Shown here piece by piece: positions 1 through 13,825 of a stretch of DNA of 64,000 nucleotides. Within the stretch, counting starts at the first letter, position 1. Each line of letters starts with the position of its first letter. The stretch is taken from NCBI GenBank assembly GCA_030324005.1, contig JARDVH010000164.1:21083283-21147282 (forward strand). Direction: 5' to 3'. Below the pieces are notes generated by a model that ran no database searches, was not told where the DNA came from, and saw only the letters and a program-made list of their open reading frames with translations. The DNA is from Negaprion brevirostris. Taxonomy: Eukaryota. The translations under genes and the position numbers were made by a program.

Positions 1-639
1 CTCCCTCAACCTACCTTCATAAGGCATGCCTCCCAGTCCAGGCAACATCCTTGTAAATCTCCTCTGTACCCTTTCAAACAAATTTAATATCCATGCTTAT
101 TTCAAAACTATTAAACTCACCTTTGGAACAAGTTATTTTAGCTTCAATAAACATTGTCTACAGTTTCAGAGTCCTAATTTTACATCCAATATCTCCTAGA
201 CAACAGAGAAACCGTAGCCACAAAACTCTTTACAAGCCAAAATTACTTGAGGGTGAAACCCTAAGATAGAATAGCTCCAAATTTGGAAAAACCTGCTAAG
301 AATACTGAGTTAAACATTTTATTCTCCAAGACAGCTATTGCTGCAAATTCAATTCAGGAACATTTGATTTAATACAACATCATATAACCACTGAGTCTCA
401 TTTTGCTCACTACAAACAACACGTTGAAATAAAACTTTGCTTCTGCAGCTCCATTGCCTTTAATGTATCAGCTACTGAATTTTAAATGCTTTACCATCTT
501 CAATTTAAAATATTTCTGGATGCAGGAGAAAAGAGTCTTCATAGTTCACAATCATTTCTTACAACTGCATAACGTTTCATTGAATCCAAACAACAAGTCC
601 GGGGAATGTAAGGAACAGGAATCATCGAACCAGAGTCTC

Positions 640-1860
640 AAGTCTGTTCTCTCAGTGATCATGGTTAATCTGTAGCTTCAACTTCATTTTCCTACCCAGT
701 CTCCATTATCCTTTGCAGGACACCAAAAACAACAGTCTCAAACCCGAATAGAAGGAATCGCAGTCTAGAATTCTGAAGATCTGCAACTCTATGAAGAAAC
801 ATCTCTTGATTTCAGTCCTAAATTATCAACCCTTTAACCTGAATTTGTGCCCCCCAGGTTTGAGGGTGCACAGCCAGGGGCAACAACCTCTCCATGTTTA
901 TCCTTGTCAAGCCCCTTCAGAACTTTGTATGTTTCAATGACATTACCCCTTATTCTTCTAAACCAAGGAATACAGACTAATTTATTCAACCTATCCTCTC
1001 ATCCCAGCATCCAAACTCGTAAATCTTTGCTCTACTGCCACCAATACAAATATATCTTTCCTTAAAGGAGATGACCGAAACTGCACACACCAGTCGTGAC
1101 GTGACTGAAGCTTCGTATAATGGTAGCAGCTGCGTTTCTCATGACTATACACCCAAACCTCTGTAGACATGAGCGTATTAGAAATTTCACCCTTCTGTTA
1201 TATACTTTTCTATTCTAACAAACTGCCTAACCTCACACTTACCCACATAATCGTTCATTTTCCATATTGCTGTCCACTCATTTAACGTGTCTGTATCTGT
1301 TTGTGGTCTCTGCACTCAGTTTATGTATATCACCAAATTTGTGCCATCAAACTGAGGATGCATTAGTCTCAATCTCTTCATTGTGAGCTGAAGCTCTAGC
1401 ACTGATCCATAAAGCACACACTGCAGCCTACCAATTTGAAAATAACCCCATTTATCCCAAGTGTCTGCTTTAAGTCCATTAAACAATCCTCCATCCACGA
1501 TTTTACCTCCAACTCCACGAGACCTCATCTTGAATATAAAATTTTTCAATGCCTTTTGAAAATCCAAGTATATTCAATCTACTGGCTCCTCCTTACTAAT
1601 CTGAAGGCAAAATACTGCTTCTGCTCGAATCTGAAACAAAGGCCAGTTCTATCGAAGGGTCATCCTGACTCAAAACATAGGCTCTGCTCTCTGTCCAAGA
1701 TGCTACCAGACCTGGTGAGTTTTCCTCGCATTTCTGTTTTTTGCCCTTTTACCTATTGATTGGTGACATTCTCAAAACCCACATCAATCCCGAAAGGCCT
1801 GCATGTTATTTAACCTGCCAGCAGTCTGGGCAGGTGAAGCACTCGTGATCCATTTTTTGT
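640..1860 (-). mobile_element. Decayed CR1/HER1-type LINE 3' fragments, interrupted by a Penelope-derived remnant at ~1604-1746
   Basis: Antisense CR1 RT-like sequence, e.g. aatgccttttgaaaatccaagta, whose reverse complement encodes YLDFQKAL. Confidence 0.7.
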
Positions 1861-2302
1861 GCTCAAAAGGGTAAAGTAAATTTCAAGTCATGGCGATTTT
1901 GTGAATTGAAATTACTCCCAATAATTTCACTGATCCTACTCCGTGCAAGTGCCAGAGGGTCCATGATCACTTGGGATGGAATTGATCCCAAAAAGTTTGA
2001 AAGGCCAGCTGTATTACTCAATTCACAATACAGAAGATTATGCATTATATTTACGGTGAGGAACCAATATGGAATACACAAAAGGTACATTTTTACTTGG
2101 CTGCAAATATACCTTGTGTAGCATGAAATCTGCAGTCTACTTGTATTCAGAACAAAACATGACGTACTTCCAGCCAACCACAGAAATACAACTTAGCACT
2201 GGCATTGCCCAGAATCAGCTGCAAGTCAAGCTACAATAAGCATCTCTGACATGTGCCAGTTGTTTCTTCAACTGCATCTGTGTTCCAACATCTTGACTAT
2301 TA

Positions 2303-2417
2303 TTTGATTTTTTAATCACATGTATTAGCATACAGTGAAAAGTAGTTTCTTGTGCACTACACAGATAAAGCATACCATTCATACTAAAGGAGACAAGACA
2401 GTGTGCAGAATGTAGTG
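2303..2417 (-). mobile_element. Rex1/Babar-like LINE 3' end, running into a gap
   Basis: Closely similar to 20477-20600 and, in the opposite orientation, to 56231-56360. Confidence 0.6.
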
Positions 2418-5400
2418 NNNNNNNNNNNNNNNNNNNNNNNNNNNNNNNNNNNNNNNNNNNNNNNNNNNNNNNNNNNNNNNNNNNNNNNNNNNNNNNNNNN
2501 NNNNNNNNNNNNNNNNNNNNNNNNNNNNNNNNNNNNNNNNNNNNNNNNNNNNNNNNNNNNNNNNNNNNNNNNNNNNNNNNNNNNNNNNNNNNNNNNNNNN
2601 NNNNNNNNNNNNNNNNNNNNNNNNNNNNNNNNNNNNNNNNNNNNNNNNNNNNNNNNNNNNNNNNNNNNNNNNNNNNNNNNNNNNNNNNNNNNNNNNNNNN
2701 NNNNNNNNNNNNNNNNNNNNNNNNNNNNNNNNNNNNNNNNNNNNNNNNNNNNNNNNNNNNNNNNNNNNNNNNNNNNNNNNNNNNNNNNNNNNNNNNTAGC
2801 TCATTGCCAAATCCCCTTAGTCTTCTGAGAAAGTAGGTGATGGTGGGCTTTCTTAACTATAGTATCAGCATGGGGGAACCAGGACAGGTTGCTGCTGATC
2901 TGGATACCTACAAACTTGAAGCTCTCGATCCTTTCTGCTTCAACCTTTGTGCTTGCTGATTAGAGTTGGGAGTTGTCAATGAAAAAAGAACTAACTGCAT
3001 CGATACAGCCAACGTTTTTTGCATGCTATCTCAAATCACTTTGAAGGTCCTTGTAGACTTTATAACTGAGTACCTCTGCCACAGTTAACTGCAGTTTTCT
3101 AAGGTTACTGAGAAAAATCAAACATGTTAAATTCGAACAACTGTTTGCTGATACTTAGGAATACAGGAAAAAAAACAAAGCTAACTCAAGTTTTATTTTG
3201 CTTTACAGACCTGGTAATTTGGCCAACAATTCACACTGCAGACAGCATGTGGACCACCTCTATCCAACAGAGTTTGACTGCTAAAATTAGTACCAGAGTG
3301 CAGCCATTTACTATCCACTGAATGCCGAGGTAGAAGTTACAAACTGGAAGGNNNNNNNNNNNNNNNNNNNNNNNNNNNNNNNNNNNNNNNNNNNNNNNNN
3401 NNNNNNNNNNNNNNNNNNNNNNNNNNNNNNNNNNNNNNNNNNNNNNNNNNNNNNNNNNNNNNNNNNNNNNNNNNNNNNNNNNNNNNNNNNNNNNNNNNNN
3501 NNNNNNAATTAGATCCAGAAAACTACAATTCACACTCGCACTCCACCACCCTCTCCCCGGGCAAGGGCCTTGCTCCGAATTAATTGTACAATATTATTGT
3601 CTGCAATATGTGTAAAACCACAAGTTAGTTGTTAACAAACTTTGAAAATTTAGGTACTAGAATCAGACCATCACAAATTGGTGCAACAGTTGATTTTCAC
3701 AAAAAGCTTTCATGTTCAAATGTCTCAGTTTTATACCAACAGTAACAGAATTTGTCCACAATAGGAACATGATACATTACTTCATTTGCAGCCAACTGAT
3801 CTCAGAGTATTTTATTGAGAGAATCTCTGAAAATGAATCACAACCCATAACAAAGTCATTCTACTTTATTCATTAAGTTAATACAATTCAGAGAATATTT
3901 AGACAGATGCAAAAACATCAGTTCCTGTTAAAAGTTCCTACATGTTGTCTTTCATCTTTTACTAAATCAAGGGCACGAAACATAATTCCACCCACAGAAG
4001 CCTCCCACCACACCTTGACCAAATAAACATTCCCTATGTCAAAGAACAGACGCTATGGTCAGCAGTCAGTGACTCTTGCAACCCAGGACAAGCGAAGGCT
4101 CAGCTGACATCAGCGCACATTCAATTTTCCACGGGGTTCAACCTCACACGTTCATGACATCCTGACTTAGGTACACCATGTTCACACATCTTCAACTGCC
4201 ATAAGCTGCCTCAAATTCCTGCAAAAAAGAATGTGCAATTGTACAAGAATGAACATAACTTTCGGACATGCTCCTTTGAAGAAAATCAAACTGGTTGAAC
4301 AGAAAATTGAGACAAAAGATATTTAATGATCCAAATAAATTGTTGGCTGTCACTCTACCATTAATAGAGAAGAGATCTTCATGCAACAGGCATTAGACAG
4401 ATAAGTCAACTTTTGGTGCTCAATTGTTGAAAAGGTCATTAATAGAATTTAAACACAATGAAGCGCACCACCCTGAAAACACAAAATGAGTTTTTATGTG
4501 CATTCTCACACAGAACAAGAAAATGACTGATAAGAAAGCTTACACTCAGAGGGAGTGGTGGGATTGAGGTTAATGCACATAATGGATAATTATTCTGCAT
4601 AAGGTTTGTCACTCCTAGCCAAAGTTCCAAACACATTTTGTCCACTCACCACACTGAACATCCCTACTGTTAAGTACAAATATTTGTTACAATTGTTACC
4701 AGTCACATTACACACATCTTAGAATCAATCATGCAAAATAAGTGACTCATCATTTTTCCCGGGTCCAAAGAACAAAATGCTTTTCTTGCTAAATTTCATA
4801 ATTTTGCCATGACAGGCTTGCTAGTTGTACCATAAGCAGGTTGTTCAAATACAATGTTTGCAGGACAGAGTTCATGCAAGATGAAGTTTAAATTCCACTC
4901 AAGATTCAGCCAATATTGTTGGAATCACAACAGTATACAATAACTACTAATCCGTGTTTGTTAATGGGTTCAATAAGAAATGGTCTACGGACATTCATTT
5001 TTGATTTCTGTTGAGACGCACATGGGTTTTAACATTCACTTTTTTTTTAAGCAATAAAAGACTGTACATTTAGCAACTCTAACAGGACACACCAACACCA
5101 GATGCAATACCAACCCACAATCACGGCAAGAGGAAAAATAAGAATACATATCAACATTGACTATCACAGAGTCAGATGACCATGGGTTAAAGCCATACCC
5201 CATGCATTTGGTAGGCTGACAACACTGCACATGAATGACGAGGCGCAATCTTGTTGGAATTGCCATCCTCTCAGATGAAACCAGAATCTGCTGCCCCTTC
5301 TGCTCAATGCAAAAGTTTCCATTTATGGGTGAAGCATGTTAAGGCAGTATGCAAGCATTCATTCATTCAACTTGAATACAGATCTTCAAATAAGATTTTG

Positions 5401-6449
5401 CTACACTTGAAGAATTGAAGTGATTTGAGCAGTACTGAGCGCTACTCAGTCAGTTATGAAACCAAGGTGGGATCCATTGGTGGACATGAGAGAGAGAGAT
5501 CGATCTCTGGCATTGTGGAAGCAAGGGTGTTGGCCCAATACTTTGGTCTACACGTCACCCAAAATCATCATAACTGAAAACATCATCAGATTTTCATTCA
5601 TTTGGTGCTTAGGGGATCTTGCTGCCCAAAAAAACTTATGTAACAACAGCACTTGGAAAATACGTCACTGACTGTCTTGAACATTGCCACCTCCCAAGGA
5701 CAGGACATGATCCATGGCTTATCAAATGTTCTGAGGACATAAGGTATTGGATAAATACAAAAAGTGCATTTGCAATTTTTTCATATTCCAAGCAGCTAGT
5801 TCGTTTGCAACTGAGTTACAATCACGCATATTCAGGAAAAAAAAGTCATCAGATCAAATGGAAACAGTACATATCAGCACTGCGTTTATAATGAGGACAA
5901 TTAAAACAGAAGCCTTGTATTTACAGGGGGAAAAAGAAAATCAGGCTTTACTAAGTGTTGTTTGAATTGCAAAACATCTGAAATTATATACAATATTTGT
6001 TACATTAAGAAAACATAACACTGCCTTTGTAAAAAGGACAAGTAGTTTTTGGAAAACAAACTGGTTAAGTTGAATAATCCAACATCAGACATGAAATATT
6101 TCTGGTCCCTAACTAACATCTCTTCAGCAATCTCTTTCCATAAACGGCCACAGGAAATTAAAATATTTACCCTTCAGGCATCAGAGTTTGAAATTAAACT
6201 AATATTGGTTTTACAAAGCAAGGGTATTTTCCATCCAGTTAGCTATGTATTCAGCACCAAAATTCATCAGCAAGGGTTTAACACACATATACTAGCTCAA
6301 AAAAAAACAATGGGTTAAAGCAGGAAACAGCTATTAGCACTGTATTGCAAATTCAAAGAAAGACTGGAGAGATTAACAGAGAAACAGAGTTGGAGGGCAT
6401 CTTCGTCACCAGATATTACATGGAAATGCCAGTACCTTTATTTTCTCTT

Positions 6450-6735
6450 TGCTCATAGGATGTGGACATCACAGCATTGATCATCAATCTCAAGGCATTT
6501 AAGAGTCATCCACATTGCTGTGAATCTGGGGTCACATGTGGGTCAGGTCAGGTAAGGACAAAACATTTCCTTCCCTCAAGAGCATTAGTGAACTCGATGG
6601 GTTTTTTATGACAATTGACAATGATTTCTTGGTCATTAGACTTGTAATTCCAGATTATTGATTCCAAATTGGTCTCCAGAGCATCACCCTGGGTCTCTGG
6701 ATTACTAGTCTAGCAGAATAGCACTACTTCCCACT
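6450..6735 (-). mobile_element. tRNA-derived SINE (shark SINE2-type family)
   Basis: Shares its core (ggtaagga...atttccttccct-aag-gcattagtga...ctctggattactagtc) with 13545-13825 (+) and 56180-56600 (-). Confidence 0.7.
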
Positions 6736-7849
6736 AGTGCTTAAATTCAAGCACACTAATCCAGAATTGAAAACTTTTCTTTTGGTTTCACACCTTTCCC
6801 AAACGTTTTCCTCCCCTTAACAGGTCACAGCACTAAAACTGTACCTCAATGCATGGAATTCCAGACAGTTGGCAACATTAGATGGCACTGAGGTTTAATG
6901 GTAGGATACGATCATTAATTCACTGGACACAATTGTCCCAAATTTTTTCCCTCACCCAGGAGCTCAGAAATAAATTCTGACAATGTTCCAACTGATATTA
7001 ACCAAGTCAAGGCAGGCTGGAGACCTAACTTCTAACATCCTTGGTCTGTGTGGCTTCTACCACATTGACCCACTAAGGCAATGCACAAGAAATTAGCAAA
7101 GTGAAACGCCCAAATGCACATTGCAGCTATTTGTGTGCAAGAACATAAAATGCAGAATGTACACAGAAACGGGTCATTGCCACTGTTGCTCCAAGAGCCT
7201 CCTCTCACATTACTTCATGTAACCCAGCCAGCATATTCTCCTATTCCTTCCACCCTGTCTACTTTGGGCTTCCTCTCTATGCCACTTGCCTCAAACTACT
7301 CAACATAGTAGCAAAGTACAATTGAAATATTTCTTACAACAAAGAACATTATGTGTATCAACAAGAGGTTTAAAACCAATAGGGAATCAAAAATTTGCCT
7401 AGATACATGAAGATCAACTAGTACAAATGAGACCCAAGTCACCAAATTGTTGAAATCACTATTACAAACTCAAATTTTGAAAATAAAATTAAATGTTTTC
7501 AAAGTCAGACAAAAATAGCCCATAAACGTCCCACAAGTCATGAGATGGGTATACACGGTAAAATCAAATCAAATTGAGCAATTTGTCATGCCCAAAGGCA
7601 AATTAAAGCAGAAATATTTTTAGATTAGAAAACAACTCTGAGCAACAGACTATGTATTGAATGCAGCCGAGGGTAATTAAAGCTACTTTTAGAACAGCAA
7701 ATATGCTAGAAAAGCTGATGAATTGGTACACTTGTATTCATAACAGAAAGGTTTATCTTCCTCCGCCCCCCCAGTGATCTTTTCAGAAAGCAATAGTCAA
7801 GGGTCATTAAAGACAGCATATTTTAATATCTGTATTAGCAGACAGGAAA

Positions 7850-9330
7850 AATTTCTGCGAGGATATAAAAAGGAAGAGAGTAGCTAAAGTAAGAACACTG
7901 CCCATGAATGGCAACAGTCAGGAATTAGTAATAGGAAACAAGGGAATGGGAGATTTTGAGCAAGTATTTTCTATCTGTCTTTGCAGCAGAAGACAGAGAA
8001 AGCATTCCAAGTGGAAAATCAAGAGGCGAAAAAAAAGGAGAAAGTTAAAACAATCACAGTCACGACAGAAAAAATACAGTGTAAATGCATGAGACAGAAG
8101 GCTGATAAGACCTCTGAAATGGCTGTGTCCATTTCATGTGTCATTGCTTGTGACCTCCCAATATTCACTACAGTTGCAAAGGGTGCAGCAGAAAGCAAAA
8201 CCACAAATGTAACACTTCTATTCAAGAAAGGAGAAAGAGAGGGACAGAAAGCATGAGGTTTCCAAAAAAAGCATTCAGTAAGTTGGTCCATCTAAACGTT
8301 ACTGCAGAACCAAGAATTCATGGTCAAAATTATTAACTAAATGGAGAGACTGCAGCTAAATGAAGTACAGAAGGATCTAGGTGTTCTCATGCATGAATCA
8401 TAACAGGTTCATAGACAGGTCCAGCAAGTCATTAAAGGAGGCAAACAGCATTTTGGCCTTTATTGCAAAGGGGTTGGTGTTTAAAAAAAAAAGGGAGGTT
8501 TTGCTGCAATTGTACAGGGTCTTGTTGATGGTACACCTGGAAAAACGGCATACAGTTTCAGTTCTCTAACTTAAGATGGGATAGCAATATTGGGGGCAGT
8601 CCAAAAGGACATTCACCAAGCTAATTCCTGGGATGAGAAATTATCAAGAGAGCCAGGGGGCTGTTCCTTGGAGATCAGAAGTGTGAGGGGTGAACTTGAC
8701 AGAACATACAAGGTCCTGAGGGGACTTGATAGGATACATAGTGAGATGTTTCACTGGAGGAAGAGTCCTGAACAACAAGACATAGCTACAAGGTAAGGGG
8801 CCAGCCAGTTAAAATTGAGATGCACAGAACCTTCTTCTCAGAAGGTGGTGATTGTCTGGAATTATGTGCCCCAAAGGACAGTGAAATAGTCAAAGTGGAG
8901 ATGTATAAATATTTGATAGAGCGAGGATAGAGGGCAATGAGGAAATGGCACTGAAAACGAGTTGATGCTTACACGGATCAGCCATGATCATAGTGAATAG
9001 CAGGGCAGGCTTCAAGGGCCTGTGGGCCCACTCCTGCTTCTATTTCTTACGTGTGTGATTAAAACAAAGTTGTTCAATTTAGGAGATGAAAAGCAAAGTC
9101 TTGACAGTTGTTAGTCTTTGAAATTGTATTCCATAGAGCAGTGGGAGCTATACCATTGATTAACATTTGAGTTGCTCAGATTTACAGACTGTTGATCAAA
9201 AGAGTTAGGATTATGGGAGTCTGATGGCAAAGTGGAATTAAGGCCATAACCAGATCAGCCATCTTATCCAAAGGCAGACTAGGCTCCAGAGACCAAATGG
9301 CCTATCCTTGCTCCTATTTCTTGCAATTTG
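7850..9330 (+). mobile_element. CR1/HER1 LINE fragments with two successive 3' UTR ends
   Basis: RT-like translations (TNVTLLFKKGER; ILAFIAKG...EVLLQLYRVL) and 3'UTR motif atcagccat...ctcctgctcctatttctt at ~8980-9050 and ~9255-9325. Confidence 0.8.
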
Positions 9331-10569
9331 ATCTGTTTAGGGTTTGTGAAGGATTCGATGGAACACAGTTATGAATGTCAGAAGCTTTCATTAAAATGGC
9401 TACATTACATCAGCATCCACGAATTTAGCTGATGTGTTATTATCAATAATAGACCCTAAGATATACGGATTATGCTAAGTAAATGCAGATATGATCCTGG
9501 CTAGAATCACGGTATGAAAACGATCAGGTGCTACTCTTTGCACCATTAACCCAAATATGCTAAATAAATGAAGGGCTGTACATGGAAACCATTTGCTCAT
9601 ATATTCAATAGCTAATACGAATCTTAGAAGCAAGATCTATCTCACGAACTCTGTCTAGAATTTGGTTCAATCTAAAAAATGTTCCAGAACTGCTAACGCT
9701 GGAAGCCCAGTTGCCACCGTCAACTGATTTTGAAATAGCCTTTGATAAGGGCAAATAAGCATGGTACAGTCATGTGGATTGACTGACAGATTTGGGGCTG
9801 AATAATTAACTGGTTGCATTCTCAAGCAAAAAGTCAGTATTAACGTTAATATTCTGTGTGAGGATTAGTCATTCGTGGAATGGTCCGGCAACTGTTTGGC
9901 AACGACTATCTTAAAACAACAACTGAATTAAAGGTGTTACAGGAAATGTCAGCAAGTTCACAGGCAACTCAGATGTGCGCAGGTACAATCTTAATTAAAC
10001 GTAACAATCAGGTACAAAATTTTATCCAAATTGAATCTAATACAATGCTGTTCTCGAGGAGTAATTCCAAATATCTATAAACTTTGCAGTGTTGCGAACT
10101 CGGTTTCCAAGTAGAAGGCCGCTGAGAATATATAACATTAGTCATTGAATGTCCATGACAAGTGCTGCCAACCCAATGCAAAAATGATTCGGGTGCTTGG
10201 ATATATTGTTAAGACAAGTAACTATAAAAACACAAAATTGATCATTCCTTTGTTCAAGGCCTTTGTCCAGCTACAGTTATAATACTGTGCCAAATTTTGG
10301 TCACCTTGCATTATAGTAGTTTCTGAAGTCCTGGAAAGGATTTAGGAGGACATAAAACATGAGCACGAGTAGGATCATATAGTCCCTTGAGTCAGCTTCG
10401 CCTTCAATCGTGGTTAATCTTCTGCCGACTTGCCATACTCCCTGATTAAAAAGGGAGCATCAACAATTCTCTGCAATAGATAATTCCAAAGATTCACAAT
10501 CCCTGATTGAGGTAAGTCCTAAATGATCAAGCCCTTCTGTTGCAACTGTCTCCATTTTCTAGACACAAA

Positions 10570-11165
10570 TGTGTTGTAAGTGTGAGGTTATCCACTTTGG
10601 CAGAAATAATAGTAGGAGGGATTATTATTTAAAGGGCAAAAAGCTGCAGTATGCTACAGTGCAGAAGGACCTGGGGGTCCTTGTGCATGAGTCGCAAAAA
10701 CCCAGTCTGCAGGTGCAGCAGGGATCAAGAAGGCGAATGGAATGCTAGCCTTTATAGCGAGGGGGATAGAACATAAAAGCAGGGAGGTCTTGCTGCAACT
10801 GTACAGGGTACTGGTGAGGCCACANNNNNNNNNNNNNNNNNNNNNNNNNNNNNNNNNNNNNNNNNNNNNNNNNNNNNNNNNNNNNNNNNNNNNNNNNNNN
10901 NNNNNNNNNNNNNNNNNNNNNNNNTGAATGGCGGGGCAGGCTCGAAGGGCTGGATGGCCTACTCCTGCTCCTATTTCTTATGTTCTTATGTTCTTATATT
11001 TAAGTCACTGGTGGATAGGTTTTTGACAGAGGAATTAAGGGTTATGGGGAGAAAGTAGGAAAGTGGAACTGAGCCACTTCAGATCAGCCATGATCTTATT
11101 GAATGGCGGAGCAGGCTCGAAGGGCTATATGGCCAACTCATGCTCCTATTTCTTATGTTCTTGTG
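10570..11165 (+). mobile_element. Young HER1/CR1 LINE 3' portion (gapped) followed by a second CR1 3' end
   Basis: ORF MLAFIARGIEHKSREVLLQLYRVLVRP; (TTCTTATG)n tails at ~10975-10997 and ~11150-11165. Confidence 0.85.
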
Positions 11166-11779
11166 TTCTTTAATATTCAGGTTACAAACGACTGTCTCTC
11201 CTCCATTTTCCTCAAACTGCATTTCCACAGTTCAGTGTGTGCACTTTTGTCAAAAACACTTCCTGTCCAAGCTCCCAAGAGTCTCCACAACTCATTCAAC
11301 AGCATGAAGAACTGCCGCATCTTCAGTTCAGAGACCAAGAAAAATCAGACTGGAGCAATGAGAAAAGATATAAAGAGGAAGTGGGGAAGACTGTATTATA
11401 TCGGCACTTCAATGTCAGAAAATCCACATTCAGTAATTTGCCAGCATGCAAGCTTTTGATCCTACAATTTTATGGCAATAAGAACAAAATGCAATGTTAT
11501 TGTTATTAGTTCAGGTTTAATGAATGCCCGTGATATTGCTTGATTCAGAAATCAGTGCTTTGGAATTACAAATGTCAATTATCAGCTGAATATTGATTTT
11601 GAAGGGGCAAGAGTCAGGAAAAAAAGATGTATAATCGAAAAACTGAAAATAAGGCATGAAAAAGTATTAGAAGTATTTGATGATTTTGAGTTTCAGCAGA
11701 AATTTCTTTAAAAAACACATGGTCAGAAAAGAAGCCAATTGACATCACTTCAGGAAAAACCAAAAACCTGCACTGATAT

Positions 11780-12125
11780 TGCATGGCTACATCTCAAAGC
11801 ACTTAACGGTCTATGAAACACTTGCAATGTGTGGTCATTGTTGTAATTCAGAAATCACAGTAGCCAATTTGTGATCAGCAAGCTCCTGCAAATATCANNN
11901 NNNNNNNCCAGATAATCTCTTGTTGATTGAGGGACAAATATTGGCAAGGACACCAGAGATCAGGCTACGTTCACCTGAAAAAGCAGATGCAGCTTCTGTT
12001 AAACATCTCAACCAAAGACAACACTCCCATGCTCATGTGTCAACCTAGATTTTTGTGATCAAATCCTAGAATGGAACTTGAACACAGAACACCTGACTCA
12101 AGAGACGAGAGTGTTACTGACTGAG
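11780..12125 (-). mobile_element. DeuSINE (SacSINE1-like)
   Basis: Reverse-complement similarity to 63340-63720, including Deu-domain-like segments (gccaatttgtg...cagcaagctcc; gttgattgagggacaaatattggc). Confidence 0.65.
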
Positions 12126-12729
12126 CTCGTACTCATATACACACAGTATGGCAATGAGCCACAGNNNNNNNNNNAACATATCCATTTCTCTGAAAAATTG
12201 TTAAAACTCCAAGTTATTTGTTGATGTAATTTTTGATTATATTTAAACTAATTCAGCAATTAATATTTTGCTTCTGCTTTAATTTATTGCATTTTAATAT
12301 TAAGTTTTGCATTGCTAGATTAATTTTTGCTCACCCTTAGAGGATAGCACAGAAAGTCAAGGTCAAAGGCTAAGACCTGAAATTAATTTTGTTTAGTCTT
12401 GATGTTCTCTGGAACTAGTGAGGTAGAATGGTTTACTCCCAAATGTCAGTATTTTATTCAAAGCTTTGAGTGTAACCAAAAAAGGCATCCTAAAACTTCT
12501 GTGCATTAACAACCAAAACTACATTGAGAATTTTTGTCAAGTGGCACTGCACNNNNNNNNNNTGTCCAACAACCAATGTAGTTGGTACAGGAAGGTACAC
12601 GTTCATCTTCATTTGTTTGGTGAAAACACCAGTGAAGTATGATCTGTCCCTTTTACAAACGGCACATAAGTAATTGCTTTTGGAGGTGCTTAAGGTTTAA
12701 GTAAACCTTAAGCATCACTGCAAACATCA

Positions 12730-12770
12730 GGTGTGGGTGTGGGTGTGGGTGTGGGTGTGGGTGTGGGTGT
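12730..12770 (+). repeat. (GGGTGT)6 hexamer microsatellite, G-quadruplex-capable
   Basis: ggtgt followed by six perfect gggtgt units. Confidence 0.95.
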
Positions 12771-13544
12771 GCTCGTGCACTAATACAAGTTCAAGTAATT
12801 TGGCTTTTGTTTCTAATTGCTACGTATGATCCAAGCACACAGCCATCTTTTCACCTATTAAGAAAAATGGGTTGAGGTTAGGTTAGAAAGTAAGGCATAC
12901 ACAAAAATTTACAGCACCCAAAAAAAAAGCCTTTAAACAAACAGGCACAAGTTAAAAAATTGAATGTCTGCTTCTAGTTAAAAACTGGAATCTTTTAAAT
13001 TGAACCAGGCTAATTTTGGAAAAAAAATGGCTTCAAGATTCAGCAGCTTCCTCAGGCATCACTTGTTTTCAACAGATCACAATTGCTATGGAAACATCAT
13101 GTTCCTCAGTAACAAAGTCTGAAATGATCTATGACACATGAATGAAAGATGTCCAAACTCTGCCTGAATCATCCCTGCAGCACCAGGCACAATGTCAAGT
13201 AAAAAGGCACCAATTTTCAGTTATGGATTAGAGCATAAAAACAGATTTTGCCACCGGTTAAAAGGTTAGGTATTTACCCAAAAATAAAGAGTGACTTCCA
13301 GTTAAATATTCTGATATAAAGTACTGAAACAATTAGTTCCAAGATTTTTTTATTTAAATTATAGAACATAGAACAGTATATCACAGAAATTAAAACAACA
13401 ATCAACTAAATTACAGCATTTAGAAAATATTACCAAAACCCAAGGGGAAAAAACTTGTAATATATTATGCTCAGTCAGTAACTGATGTATTCTGAACTTA
13501 ATAATATCTACCTCTTTTATATTACTGTTATTGGTATTTCACAA

Positions 13545-13825
13545 GATGTGGTGGCATAGTGGTACTGTCACGGAACTAGTCATGGATAATATTCTGTTGA
13601 CCCAGGTTCGAATTCATGAAACCACTGTCAATTGTAAAAATCCACATGGTTCACAAATGCCCTTTAGGAAAGGAAATCTGCCATCCTTACCTGGTCTGGC
13701 CTACATGCAACTCCAGATTCACAGCAATGTGCTTGACTCTTGCCAAGCCACTCAGTTCAAGGGCAATTAAACATGGGCAAATATGCTGACCTTGCCACCA
13801 ATACCCACATCCCAGGCAAGAAGAA
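13545..13825 (+). mobile_element. tRNA-derived SINE (same family as 6450-6735)
   Basis: A-box-like tggcatagtgg, B-box ggttcgaatt, and core ccctttaggaaaggaaatctgccatccttacctggtctggcctac. Confidence 0.7.
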
